Below are positions 39,417-51,720 of a stretch of DNA of 64,000 nucleotides, piece after piece. The stretch comes from Azolla caroliniana (lineage: Eukaryota; Plantae; Polypodiophyta): positions 20,150,001-20,214,000 of the forward strand of contig JBHGNT010000004.1 in NCBI GenBank assembly GCA_043228905.1, given 5' to 3'. The notes under the pieces were generated by a model. It was given only the letters and a program-made list of their open reading frames with translations. It did no database searches and was not told the DNA's origin. A program made the translations under genes and the position numbers. Position 1 is the stretch's first letter. Each line of letters begins with the position of its first letter.

Positions 39417-42400
39417 TGTAAAGAATCAAGAGATGGATTCTTGTGAAGCGGAAGAGATATGAGTTATGTGTGTGTATGAGAGAGAGAGAGTGAGTGAGAG
39501 AGAGAGATAAGGAATACGCAAGGTAAAAGTATATTGACAAAGGAGAAAGACTCAACGTCATACAAGGTGGGAGGAGGGTGCTTTATATAGTCACCCTCTC
39601 TCTTCATTAACTACAAGACTCATGGAGCATGGGGAATGTGAAAGCTCATAAGTTATGTGTCATAGAATATGATTCTATGACTCATACTAAATGCTAGAAT
39701 ACAAAGAGGTGACTTAATGGTGACTCTTGACCGTTGGAGTGTCTATTCACTCTCAAGGTGAGTTCACACAGTAGACCAAGTTGAGCTTGATTCTCAACAC
39801 ACCCCCTCAATCTCAAGTTGGGTCGGTTTCTGACGGTATCCGAAATCCGCTTCGACTCGTGTTCCGGAGTCCACGTCGACTCGTGTCGACTCGCTTTATG
39901 CGGAGTTGCGGAATCTGTGCTCCACCTTGCGTTGTGCATAGTTGCGAAGTCTGTGCTTCGGCTTGCATCTTTCTTCACGGCTTTGCGCGGTAGATCGGTT
40001 CTTCACGGCTTCGTTGCGTGGTTGTGTAATCCACGCATTCTTGTGTAGTGTGCGCGGCTCGCGGAATCCACGCGTTATTGCGTAATGTCTTCAGTACTCC
40101 CCCTCAAGCTTGGCAGGTCAGGGATCGTCAATCTGAGATCGGTCATGAATTACCATAGCTTGTCGGCTCCTAAGGCTTTAGTGAAGATGTTGGCCGTTTG
40201 AAGATTGGTGCTAATGTATTGTAGGTCGACATCGCCAGCCAGAACGCGCTCTCGGATGAAGTGATAGTGCACTTCGATGTGCTTTGTCCGCGCGTGGAAC
40301 ACCGGGTTCCAAGCCAGATAGATACTGCCCATGTTGTCGCAGTAAAGGGAAGTCGGATCCTTGATGGGTACGCCCAGATCCTTCAAGATCCTCTTGAGCC
40401 ATACGGCTTCACACGTAGCTACGGTTGCACCCCTGTATTCCACCTCTGTACTCGAAAGAGCGATGGTAGGCTGCTTCTTGCTACTCCAGGATATTGCTCC
40501 GCTACTGAGGGAGAAAACAAATTCGGAGGTTGATCTTCTATCAGCTTTGTAGCCGGCCCAATCGGCGTTTGTGTACCCCTCGAGTCGTATTGGCATCGCG
40601 GTCTTGTAGAGGATGCCGCAATCCATTGTGCCGCTCACGTAGCGTAGAACTCGCTTAGTGCAATCCAAGTGAGTATCACGCGGTGTTTGCATGAATTGGC
40701 TAAGGAGACCGATCGGATAACTGAGATCGGGTCGTGTGATCATGAGGTAGATGAGACTCCCGATGAGTTGCCAATACTGAGTTGGCTCACACGCTTTGGT
40801 ACCGGAGTTTGCATCTAGTTTGAGATTGCGATCGAGTGGGGTTGCCGCGGATTTGCACTCAACCATCCCGAACTTGTATAACAAGTTGAGGATGTAGTGT
40901 CGTTGAGAGATCATGATTCCGGCCGGAGTCCGAATTACCTCGATGCCGAGGAAGTAGTGGAGCTCCTTCATGTCCGTCATCTCGAACTTGTCGGAAAGGA
41001 GGGATTTGACTTTATTGATTTCGACGAGATGCTCACCTCCAATGACTAGGTCATCCACATATAAAATGATGACGATTGGACTTGCGGAATCTCTTCGTAT
41101 GTAGAGGGAGTTGTCCAATTTTGACATACGGAAGCCGATTTGATGAAGATATCGCGTTATCTTCGAATGCCAAGCACGCGGTGCTTGCTTGAGGTTGTAG
41201 AGTGACTTCTTGAGTCAGCAAACCACTTTCAGATGGGTGCTCGAGTTGAACCCGGGTGGTTGGATCATGTACACCTCCTCTTCTAATTCGCCTTGTAGAA
41301 AGGCATTCTTGATGTCCATTTGATGGAGGTGCCACCCTTTCGCCGCGACAATCGCAATTACGGTCCGCACTGTCGTCATCTTTGCCACCGGGGCAAAGGT
41401 CTCTTCATAGTCGACGCCATGCGTCTGAGGGTATCCTTTCGCTACGAGTCGAGCTTTGTAGCGGTTTACGGAGCCATCAACATTATACTTCACCTTGTAG
41501 ATCCATCTGCATCCGATCGCCTTTTTGTGTGGTGAGGTGGGAACGAGATCCCACGTCTCGTTCTTTCGTAGTGCCTGCATCTCCTCGTTCATTGCTTCGA
41601 TCCATCGCGGGTCCTTCGCGGCTTCCGAAAAGGTTTCCGGCTCCCGTACTGTCTCTACCTTCATCATAAAGGCGTAATGGTATGCCATATAATCGTTGTA
41701 GCCGAATAGGCTTACGGGGTTCTTTTCACGAGTGGATCGGTGGAGCTTTTCATTTGTAGAGATGAGGGCTTTCTTAGCTCCGATTGGTACATCGAAGCCG
41801 CCAAACTCACTATCGAGTGAGTGAGTCGATTCATCGTCGTTGAAGCGATCGTCTTCATATTCCGCCATTTTCGCCTTGCCTTTGTCCATCTTCGGGCTAG
41901 GCCGTGATGTGCTTTGATCGCTCAAAGGCTCTTGTGGTCTGCTCAGTCGGGTCGTGATCGGACTTTCTTCGATCATACGCATAGGGCGATCTTCATCCTC
42001 GATCTCCTGTTCGGCAAATTCCGGGTCGAGCGGAGGCGAAGTTGTCTCTAGTGCGTACCAGGATACGGACTCGTCAAACACGACGTTTCAACTTGAGATT
42101 TTCGAGTTGAGGGGTTGTAGCACTTGTACCCCTTTTGCTCCAATGAGTATCCTACGAGGATACATTTCTCCGACTTCGGGTCAAGCTTTTGACGCTTCTT
42201 GTCGGGGATGTGCACGTACGTTATCGCGCCGAATATCCGGATGTGCGATAAGTCCAACTTCTTTCCGAAGTATTTTTCGTGCGGAGTGACCTCGTGCACG
42301 CCGGATGTTGTGCACCGGTTCATTAGGTAGACAACCGTATTTGCAGCTTCGGCCCAATATGACTTGGGCATATGCTTCTCGTTCATCATGGCCCGCGCTG

Positions 42401-42970
42401 CTTCGAGGATGTGCCGATTTTTGTGCTTGGCTACTTCGTTTTGTTGTGGAGTGTGTCGGCAAGTGAATTCTCGCCGAATTCCTTCCTTTCGGAGATACGC
42501 CGTGAAATCGTCCGAGAAGTACTCCTTGCCGCCATTTGATCGAAGGCATTGTACATGTCTGCTCGTGGCTTTCTCGACTTCATTCTTGAAATTTTGGAAG
42601 TGTCTGAACACTTCGCTCTTTTGCCGCATCGGGTAGATCCAAGTCTGCCTAGAGAAGTCGTCGATGAAGAGCACGTAATATCGGCATCTGCCGAATGTAG
42701 CCGTCTGCGCCGATCCCCATACGTCGGCATGGACTACATCGAGTAGACCTTTGCTCACGTTCCGCTCTTTCGGGAATGGGTGTCGGTGTTGCTTGCCGAA
42801 TTGGTACGCTTCGCATACACCTTCAATCTCCTTCTCTTTGAATGTCGGGAGTCCGATGACGACTCCTTTCGATTTCATTGCTTTGAGTTTGTTGAGATTG
42901 ATGTGGCCAATTCGCTTGTGCCATAGCTCTATGTCGGAGTCGGCTTTCGTGTTTTTCGTGAACATGGCGG
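39417..42970 (-). mobile_element. Ty1/copia element A, 3' half (integrase, RT, RNase H, 3' LTR)
   Basis: 3' LTR 39417-39799 (TG...CA) preceded on the minus strand by PPT TTGAGGGGGTG; integrase WHKRIGH, HADVWG, FIDDFSR; RT YKARLVAKG, QMDIKNAFL, LYVDDL; RNase H HARTKHI. The 5' half is missing beyond 42970. Confidence 0.95.
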
Positions 42971-45900
42971 TGTCGTGAAGAATTTCGGCCAGAGGTGGAA
43001 ATCGGGAAACATTGGCTACATCGGCGGGGTGCAGCATGTGTGCTCACCCTTGTACATTTAGTGTGAATAACGAGGGCGCCTTTATGGCGCCAAAGAGTAA
43101 TCGAGTCGGGACAGACGATCCCATGTAAGTCGGGATTTATCCCACATTGTAACGTATCCCTCTCCTTGTTCTATAAAAGGAAGGGATCGCCCTTTGTGAA
43201 AGGGTTACCCATTTTGCGTTAGAGGGTATACCGTTAGATTTAGGGTTAGTTACATTCCTTCTTCTTCTTCTTCTTCTTCTTCTTCTCCCCCCCACTTTGT
43301 GTTCGCTTAGGGTTTGCTTCAGCTCGTCTCCTACGCAAGACCCCGCTCGGCGCGACAAGCCCGTGAGCTCCTCGACCGGCGGCTGGGCAGCCGACGACTA
43401 CTATAACCTACCTTGGTTCGGCTCGAAGCCGGGAATGTATTCTTCCTTTTATATATATACATTTGTGTCTGTCTGTGTATATTCGCGTCTCTGTTGGTGT
43501 CGGGTGCTTCCCCTTTCCTGCGTTTCCTGTACATAAGGGCGTGAGTCGGGTCAGCCTGTGTGTGTGTGCTTGGGTCGGTGTCAAGCGCGCGCTCCCTCTC
43601 TTTCTCTCTCTCCCTTCGGTTGCTTCCGGTGTGCTTCTGGGATGCCCTAGAAACGGTGAAGTACGACTTCCTACGCTCCGTCACTCCCTAGTCCAAGACC
43701 CCCGTGGTCCTGCCTTTCTCCACGCGCGCGCGTAACAACGTGACATCTTTGGTGAACCCGACATGAAAGGCGGCAAGGGAGGATGGAGTCGGAAGACGAC
43801 GACCTCGCGGCGATGGTGGTCGAAGTGGTGTTGGAGTTGGCACGAGTGGTGACGAGGCGAGAAGCAGCGCAACAAGCGGTTGAGCGAGTGGTCGGAAGAG
43901 TCGGCCGTTTCAATGGGGACAAAGTCCCATCTTACTTGGAAGCCTACAACGCGGAAATGGAGGAGCGAGACGTGGACGAAGCGTTGAGGCTGGAATTCTT
44001 CTGTCGGGCTGTCGCCGTCCGTATGCACGCGGAAGTAAAGGAGCTCCGACAAGCTCATAGTTCGTGGGAGGCCTTTGAAGAGGCGCTCCTGCAGGCATCT
44101 GGCGGATGGCAGAAGAGCTGGGGATGACACGACTTCGACCAGTGGGTCGCATCGGCAAAGACCCACCGGGGCGCGACAAAGGCGTTCCGAGAGTACGAGC
44201 GACGGCTTGCTCAGCTCCCGGAGCGGGAGCAAGGTTTGGTGGGGACGGACAAGGTCCTATTGTTCGTCAGGTCGATTGACCGAGCGGAACGGGAGGCCAT
44301 CGGGATGGAGCTCGAAGACGATGACGGAGCGAATGGGCTTACGAAGGACTGGTCGAAGGTCAGAAGGGTGTGCCAACGGCTAGACGATGAGCGAGCCGAG
44401 AAGGCTAAGTGGAAGACGCGCGACAACGTGCCATCACAGCGGGAAGAGGCCGAACGGCAAAGGGAGCTGGCAAGGGTCGGCGTTGGGGCTAGGATTGCGG
44501 AGGCGTACGCAGGTCTCGAGGCGATGCTCGAGGAAGAGGAAAGATCGAGGCCCCAAGCTAAGACCGAGGAGACGGTCTTGCCCCACGAGATGGCGGGAGA
44601 TCGGTACAACGGTACCACGGGAGAGGGTGCGGAACAAAACGCCCTCTCGACTTGCGGAGAATTACCGACTGAGGACAAGGTCGGGAGCGGAGAAGAGCCC
44701 TCCACGCGGATTCCGGAGACTCCAACGATCGTGCCCGTGTGCCGACATGAGACCGGAGAGAAGGGAGGCGCCGACGAGGAGTCCTGGCATGATGCCAGCG
44801 AAGATGGACGGGAAACGGCTTGCGAGGAGGCCGAGGACGGAAGCGGCACGAGAAGATCGGCATTCCGATTCGGATGGAGCGTAATCCGGTCGTGATTGTT
44901 CGACCGAGGCTGTACTCGGCATGAAGGTGCCGATACGGAAGAGGGTGCGGGACGAGCCGCTCTCTTTTACATGGGGAGAAAGACCGATCAGGCAAAGGTC
45001 GGGAATTGGAGGGAAGGTGATCAAAGGTTCGGAACGAGTCTGGCAAGGTCGGCATCGGAGCCGAAACTCCGGACATTGGAGAATCAAGCTCGGGCGGGGC
45101 TTGATTGATCACAGAGCGGATGCTATCCATCGACACCACTAAAAGGGGCGGTGGTCCGGACGAGTCGCCGAAAGACGTTGCAAAAAAAAAATCGGTTACC
45201 CCACGTCCTATCCGGAGACTTCAGCAGTTTGGCTGACGTGGCAACGTGAGACCGAAAGAGATGGAGGATGGAGGCGAGAACGCGAAGAGGAGAGAAGCAA
45301 CGAGTTCGGGAGAAGTACAAGGGATGAAGATGAGAACGAAGACCGGTCCTACAGGATCCCCACACCAGCACGGAGGCCCCGGTAGTTCGGCCAACGTGGC
45401 AACGTGAGACCTAGGGAGAAAGCTGGTGGCGACAGGAGAACGGAACCCGACAATCCGGAGAAGGACGAACGGACACCCGGACGAGAACCGGGTAGAGCGG
45501 ACTCCTGGATGACCATTCCGGGAGGGAGGAAGAGAGCAGGCCTACGAAGAGGCCGAGGAGACGGTACGTCGGTACCACGGGAGAGGGTGCGGAGTAAACC
45601 GCCCTCTCGGCATGCAGAGAAGGAAGGCCCGGGATAAGGGTCAGAGATATGGCAAGCCCAAGGAGGATCCTTCACACTAGTTCTACAGAAACCTAAAGTG
45701 ACGAACGGTGGCGGCGAGGGGACGAAGGAAAAGGGCTACGGATGGGCGGTTTACGGAGATCCTCACACCGATCCGGTGGTCGGCCCGAGAGCCGGCGTGA
45801 GTCCTATAGGAAAGGACGGTGGCGGCAGGTGAACGTGAGCAACAGAAGAGAATGGCGAAGGCAGAGCGAAGCAGCTGTGACCTTGCACACACCGATTCTA

Positions 45901-48444
45901 GAGACTCCGACAGCCAACGACAAGAGGAGGCGTGAGACCTAGAGTAAGGGACGGTGGCGGCGGCAAGGCGGGCAATCGAAGCCAGAAGGGGAGGTCCCAC
46001 GAAGACACTCACACCGATCTGACAATCGGCCCGAGTGCTGGCGTGAGTCCTATAGGGGAGATCGGTGGCGGGAGGAGAACGTGATCGGACGACAGGAGGC
46101 GACGAACGGCAAGGAGGTATGAGGCCGACAAGGTGGCTACGGACCATCTCAAACCTTCCGGCGAGGTGAGTGGGTGTAAGGAAGTCCGGTTCTACGGGAT
46201 CCCCACACTTAACCACAGACTCCGGCAGTTCGTATAACGTGGCAGCATGAGACCGAGAGAGAAGGTTGGTGGCGACGGGAAATGGGACACGAGGAGAGTC
46301 GTGAAGGACTCCGACAAAAGTCACCCAAATTTCGGCAAGCATAGAAACGGAGTCCGGTCCTATGGGACCCTCACACCGATCCGGAGACCCCGGCAGTTCG
46401 GCCAACGTGGCAACGTGAGACCTAGGGAGAAGGACGGAGGCGGTAGGGAACGGAACCCAACGACACGAGGTAGTGGATAGGGAGCCGGCAAGATGGGCGG
46501 ACGAGGTGCGAAACCCTCACCGGCCGGTTACGGTTTCGGAAGGAGCCGGTAGGGGCAAACACGAGGAGGTGCGTCGGGCCGGAAAGGCACACCTAGCTTG
46601 GAATAAGAGTCTCGCAAGTGGCCATCGCGGGCCGGATCAAAGCGTGACTACGGGACAGTGTTCGGCACGGGCGGTGCCGAACGAAGGAAGCGGAAGACGG
46701 CACAAGGGAGGTGCCGGGACGAGGTGACAAGTGCCTCGTGGACTGCACAGGGTCGGAGTTAGGGGATGGCAAGAGAGGCCGGAGGAGGATCCTCCACACT
46801 CGCTTCGTAGATCTCGGTAGCTCCGTCGAAGTAGCGAAGACTGACACAGCAAGCCCGGGGTGACAAGCTGGTGGAGGCGAGAGGACGACGGCAAGCGGAA
46901 GACTTAGGACCTGTTGCAGCAGCACGAAGACGGGAAGGGCCAAGCGGGCTACTACGGGGTGTTCCTCAGATGCGGAGGACACCAGAATGCGGGTAAGCGG
47001 CGATGCACGATCTGGCCGGGAAAGGAGCCGACAAGGCGTGCAATGAACCGGAGTACGGCACAGGCAATGCCGAACAACGAACGAGGGTATGTGGCACACG
47101 GAGATAGGTTGCGTGGTTCGGAGCGGAAAGGCAGTGCCGGAGCGGAAAGGCGAGCGCGGAGATAGGTTGCATGGTTCGGAGGTAGCGCGTAGAAGGCCAG
47201 AAAAGGATCATCCACACTGTTTCGGAGACCATGGCGGTTCGAGCCGACACGACGATGTAAGACCATGGAGAAGGAAAGTGGCGGCGAGAGGACGAAGGCA
47301 ACGCGAAACAACATGGGACGACAATCAGGACAACACGAAGGGTCAACGGAGGCCAAGCGGGCCACTACGGGCGTTCCTCAAGCGGAGGACATCGGGCATA
47401 CGACGGGGAGCGGGGCATTCATACGGCCGAAAAGGGCCAGCGGAAGTACGCATACTACGGAGATTGCGGTAGAGGACCCATCAACGGGTCGAACGAGCCT
47501 ACGGGGAGGTAAGCGCGAAGGAAGAACCAAAGCCGACGGAGCAAACCGGCAGCGAGTCGGGATGGGGATTACGGTAGACCGGTTTCTCACCGGCCGAAAT
47601 CTCTCACCCTTCACCGGATTTGGCACGTACCAGTGGACGTGCGGTTTGGTGGGGGCGGATGTCGTGAAGAATTTTGGCTAGAGGCAGAAACCGGGAAATA
47701 TTGGCTACATTGGCGGGGTGCAACATGTGTGGTTACCCTTGTACATTTAGTGTGAATAACGAGGGCGCCTTTATGGCGCCAAAGAGTAGTCGAGTCGGGA
47801 CAGACGATCCCATGTAAGTCGGGATTTATCCCACATTGTAACGCATCTCTCTCCTTGCTCTATAAAAGGAAGGGATCGCCCTTTGTAAAAGGGTTGCCCA
47901 TTTTGCATTAGAGGGTATACCGTTAGATTTAGGGTTAGTTACATTCCTTCTTCTTCTTCTTCTTCTTCTTCTTCTTCTTCTTCTCCCCCCCCCTTTGTGT
48001 TCGCATAGGGTTTGCTTCAGCTCGTCTCCTACGCAAGACCCCGCTCGGCGCGACAAGCCCGTGAGCTCCCCGAACGGCGGCTGGGCAACCGACGACTACT
48101 CTAACCTACCTTGGTCTGGCTCGAAGCCAGGAATGTATTCTTCCTTTTATATATATACATTTGCGTCTGTCTGTGTATATTCGCGTCTCTATTGGTGTCG
48201 GGTGCTTCCCCTTTCCAGCGTTTCCTGTACATAAGGGCGTGAGTCAGGTCGGCCTATGTGTGTGTGTGCGTGAGTCGGTGTCAAGCGCGCGCTCCCTCTC
48301 TTTCTCTCTCTCCCTTCGGTCGCTTCCGGTGTTCTTCTGGGATTCCCCGGAAACGGTGAAGCACGACTTCCTACGCACCGTCACTCCCTGGTCCAAGACC
48401 CCGTGGTCCCGCCTTTCTACACGCACGCGCGTAACAACGCGACA
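42971..48444 (+). mobile_element. Non-autonomous tRNA-Trp-primed LTR retrotransposon, copy 1 (gag-like ORF, no pol)
   Basis: LTRs 42971-43745 and 47660-48444 (TGTCGTGAAG...CG(T/C)GACA); PBS at 43750; PPT GGTTTGGTGGGGGCGGA; gag-like frames 43783-44895 (RFNGDKVPSYLEAY, WEAFEEAL, DKVLLFVRSID); the remainder is degenerate repeats with no PR/RT/IN motifs. Confidence 0.9.
43750..43767 (+). promoter_or_regulatory. Primer-binding site complementary to tRNA-Trp
   Basis: TGGTGAACCCGACATGAA is complementary at 17 of 18 positions to the plant cytosolic tRNA-Trp 3' end ...UUCACGUCGGGUUCACCA (tRNA sequence from memory). Confidence 0.85.
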
Positions 48445-48749
48445 ACATATGAATTGGTGGAGTTGCCAAAAGGAAAGCGGGCAGTTCGAAACAAGTGGTG
48501 TACAAATTGAAACCGGGAGATGCCAGCAACCCCCCAATATACAAAGCTCAGCACTGTCCGGATGGAAGTCATCTTTACTACTGGGGAATATATCTCGTTG
48601 AAGTCCATGCCCTTCTTCTACTGGAACCCCTTCACCATGATCCTAGCTTTGTATATTGGGGGGTTGCTGGCATCTCCCGGTTTCAATTTGTACACCCACT
48701 TGTTTCGAACTGCACGCTTTCCTTTTGGCAACTCCACCAATTCATACGT
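48445..48749. repeat. Inverted duplication of Copia B RT sequence (arms 48445-48548 and 48645-48749, 96-bp spacer), extended outward by inverted LTRs
   Basis: The arms are near-perfect reverse complements (TYELVELPKGKRAVRNKW..). The spacer continues Copia B RT on the minus strand (IMVKGF..MDFNEIYSPVVKMTSIRTVLS). Confidence 0.92.
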
Positions 48750-51720
48750 TGTCGCGTTGTTACGCGCGTGCGTGTAGAAAGGCGGGACCACGGGATCTTG
48801 GACCAGGGAGTGACGGTGCGTAGGAAGTCGTGCTTCACCGTTTCCGGGGAATCCCAGAAGAACACCGGAAGCGACCGAAGGGAGAGAGAGAAAGAGAGGG
48901 AGCGTGTGCTTAACACCGACTCACGCACACACACACACGCACACACACACACGCACACACACACACACACACACACATGCCGACCCGACTCACGCCCTTA
49001 TGTACAGGAACGTACGAAAGGGGAAACACCCGACACCAACCGAGACGCAAACATACACAGACAGACGCGAACGTATATATATATATATATATATAGAAGA
49101 AGAATACATTCCCGGCTTCGAGCCGGACCAAGATAGCTTACAACAGTCGTCTGTTGTCAAGCCGCCGTCGGGGAGCTCTCGGGCTCATCGCGCCGAGCGG
49201 GGTCTTGCACAGGAGATGAGCTGCAGCAAACCCTAAGCGAACACGAAGGAGAAGAAGAAGAAGAAGCTAACTCTAAACCTAACGGTATACCCTCTAATGC
49301 AAAATGGGCAACCCCTTCACAAAGGGTGTTCCCTTCCTTTTATAGAACAAGGAAAGGGATGCGTTACAATGTGGGACATATCCCGCCTTACATGGGATCG
49401 TCTGCCTCGACTTGACTACTCTTCGGCGCCATAAAGGCGCCCTCGATATTCACACTAAATGTACATGGGTGCGTACACACGCTGCACCCCGCCGATGTAG
49501 CCAATGTTTCCCGGTTTCTGCCTCTAGCCGAAATTCTTCACAACATCCGCCCCCACCTAACCGCACATCCACCGGTATGTGCCAAGTCCGGTTGAAGGGT
49601 GAGAGATTTCGGCCGGTGAAAAACCGATCTTCCGTGATCCGCATCCCGGCTCGCTACCGGTTTGACCCGTCGGCTTCGAGTCTTCATTCACGCTCGCCTC
49701 CCCGTAGGCTCGTTCGACCCGTCGATGGGTCCTCTACCGCAATCTCCATAGTACGCGTACTTCCGTTGGCCCTTGTTTGGTCGTATGCCCGATGTCCTCC
49801 GCTTGAGGCATGCCTGTAGTGGCTCGCTTGGCCTCCGTTGATCATTCGCGTCGTCTTGATTGCCGTCCCATGTCGTTTCGCGTTGCCCTCGTCCTCTCGC
49901 CGCCACCTTCCTTCTCCATGGTCTTACATCGCCGCGTCGGCTCGAACCGCCATGGTCTCCGGAACGGTGTGGAGGATCCCTTTCCGGCCTTCTCCGCGCT
50001 ACCTTCGAACCAGACAACCTATTTCCGCGCTCGCCTTTCCGCTCCAGCACCTCCGTGTGCCACATACCCTCGTCCGTTGTTTGGCACTGCCTGTTGTTGC
50101 ACTCCTCGTCGGCCCCTCTTCCGGCCAGATCGTGCTTCGCCGCTCACCCGCATACTGGTGTCCTTTACGTCAGAGGAACACCCCGTAGTAGCCCGTATGG
50201 CCCTTCCCGTCTTCGTGCTGCCGTGATAGGTCCCGAGTCTTCCCCTTGCCGTCGTCCCCTCGCCCCCACCAGCTTGTCATCCCGGCTTGCCGTGTCAGTC
50301 TTCGCTACTTCGACGGACCTACCGAGATCTACGAAGCGAGTGTGGAGGATCCTCCTCCGGCCTCTCTTGCCATTCCCTGACTCCGACCCTGTGCAGTCCA
50401 CTAGGCACTTGTCACCTCATTCCCGGCACCTCCCTTGTGCCGTCTTCCACTTCCTTTGTTCGGCCCCGCCCGCGCCGAACACCGTCCCATAGTCACGCTT
50501 CGATCCGGCCCGCGATGGCCACTTGCAAGACTCATGTTCTGTCCCAGGTGTGCCTTTCCGGCCCGACACACCTCCCTGTGTTTTGCCGTTACCGGCTCCT
50601 TACGAAACCTCGTGTCGTCGGGTCCTGTTCCCTGCCGCCACCGTCCTTCTCCCTCGGTCTTACGTTGCCACGTTGGCCGAACAGCCGGGGTCTCCAAATC
50701 GGTGTGAGGGTCCCATAGGACCGGACTCCATTTCTATGCTTGCCGAAATTTGGGTGTCTTTGTTTGAGTCCCTCCCGGACTCTCCTCGTGTCTTCCACGT
50801 AGTCGGGTCCTGTTTCCCGCCGCCACCTTCCTTCTCCCTCGGTCTTACGTTGCCCCGTTGGCCGAATAGCCGGAGTCTCCGGTTAAGTGTGGGGATCCCG
50901 TAGGACCGGACTTCCTTATGCCCATTGCCTTCGTCACCTCGCCGCCACCGTCAGTATCTTGGTCTTACGTCGACCGCGTTGCCGACTGCCGAAGTCTCTA
51001 CAACCGGTGTGAAGGATCCTCCGTAGACCGCCCATCCGTAGCTCCTTTTTGTCTTCGTCACCTCGCCGCCACCGTCAATATCTTGGTCTTATGTCGACCG
51101 CGTTGCCGACTGCCGAAGTCTCTAGAACCGGTGTGAAGGATCCTCCGTAGACCGCCCATTCGTCTTCCCGACCCTGTCTCGGGTCGTCCCTTTCCGCATG
51201 CCGAGAGGGCGGTTTACTCCACCCTCTCCCGTGGTACCGACGTACCGTGTCCTCGGCCTCTTCGTAGGCCAGCTCTCTTCCTCCCCCCCGGAATGGTCAT
51301 CCGGGAGTCCGCTCCACCCGGTTCTCGCTCTGGTCCGTTCGTCCTTCCTTCGGATTGCCGAGTCTCGTTCTCCTGTCGCCACCGACTCTCTTGTTGGACT
51401 CACACCAGCACTCGGGCCCGCAGCCGAATCGGTGTAAGGAATCCCATAGGACCGGCTTTCATTCTCTTTCCAACTCTCGACCTTCGCCCGGTCGGTCTTT
51501 CTCCCCATGTAAAAGAGGGCGGCTCGTCCCGCACCCCCTTCCGTATTGGCCGTTTCCCATCCGACTTTGCTGGCATCGTGCCAGGACTCCTCGGTACCGC
51601 TATCCATCTCCTCGGTCTTACATGGGCATATGGTCCCGAATGCCGAGTTCTCCGGAATCGGGTCCGTGGGCTTTCGTCCATTCCTTCCCCGTATCGTCTC
51701 GCCGGTGATTCTTCACGACA
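48750..51720 (-). mobile_element. Trp-family LTR element, copy 2, inserted in Copia B; 5' LTR, PBS and gag core deleted
   Basis: 3' LTR 48750-49545 with adjacent PPT; internal region homologous to 44.7-47.6 kb; only a 13-bp 5' LTR stub (51708-51720) remains; TSD ACGT at 48746-48749 and 51721-51724. Removing the insert restores Copia ...ENHT|YELVELPKG. Confidence 0.9.

Noticed and set aside
45200-46450. CRISPR-like repeat-spacer array
   Set aside because: The units are degenerate and irregularly spaced, the intervening sequences are partly related to each other, they lie inside an LTR element, and no cas genes are present in this eukaryotic context.
44000-51700. Dozens of overlapping 60-240 aa ORFs on both strands as novel genes
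   Set aside because: Expected in GC-rich, stop-poor repeat DNA; no recognisable domains apart from the sense-strand gag-like frame.
42971-51720. One large foldback or TIR DNA transposon, or a DIRS-like element with inverted LTRs
   Set aside because: Each arm has its own LTR and PPT, the right arm has its own ACGT TSD in Copia B, and there is no transposase or tyrosine recombinase. Two opposite insertions plus a repair junction explain it better.
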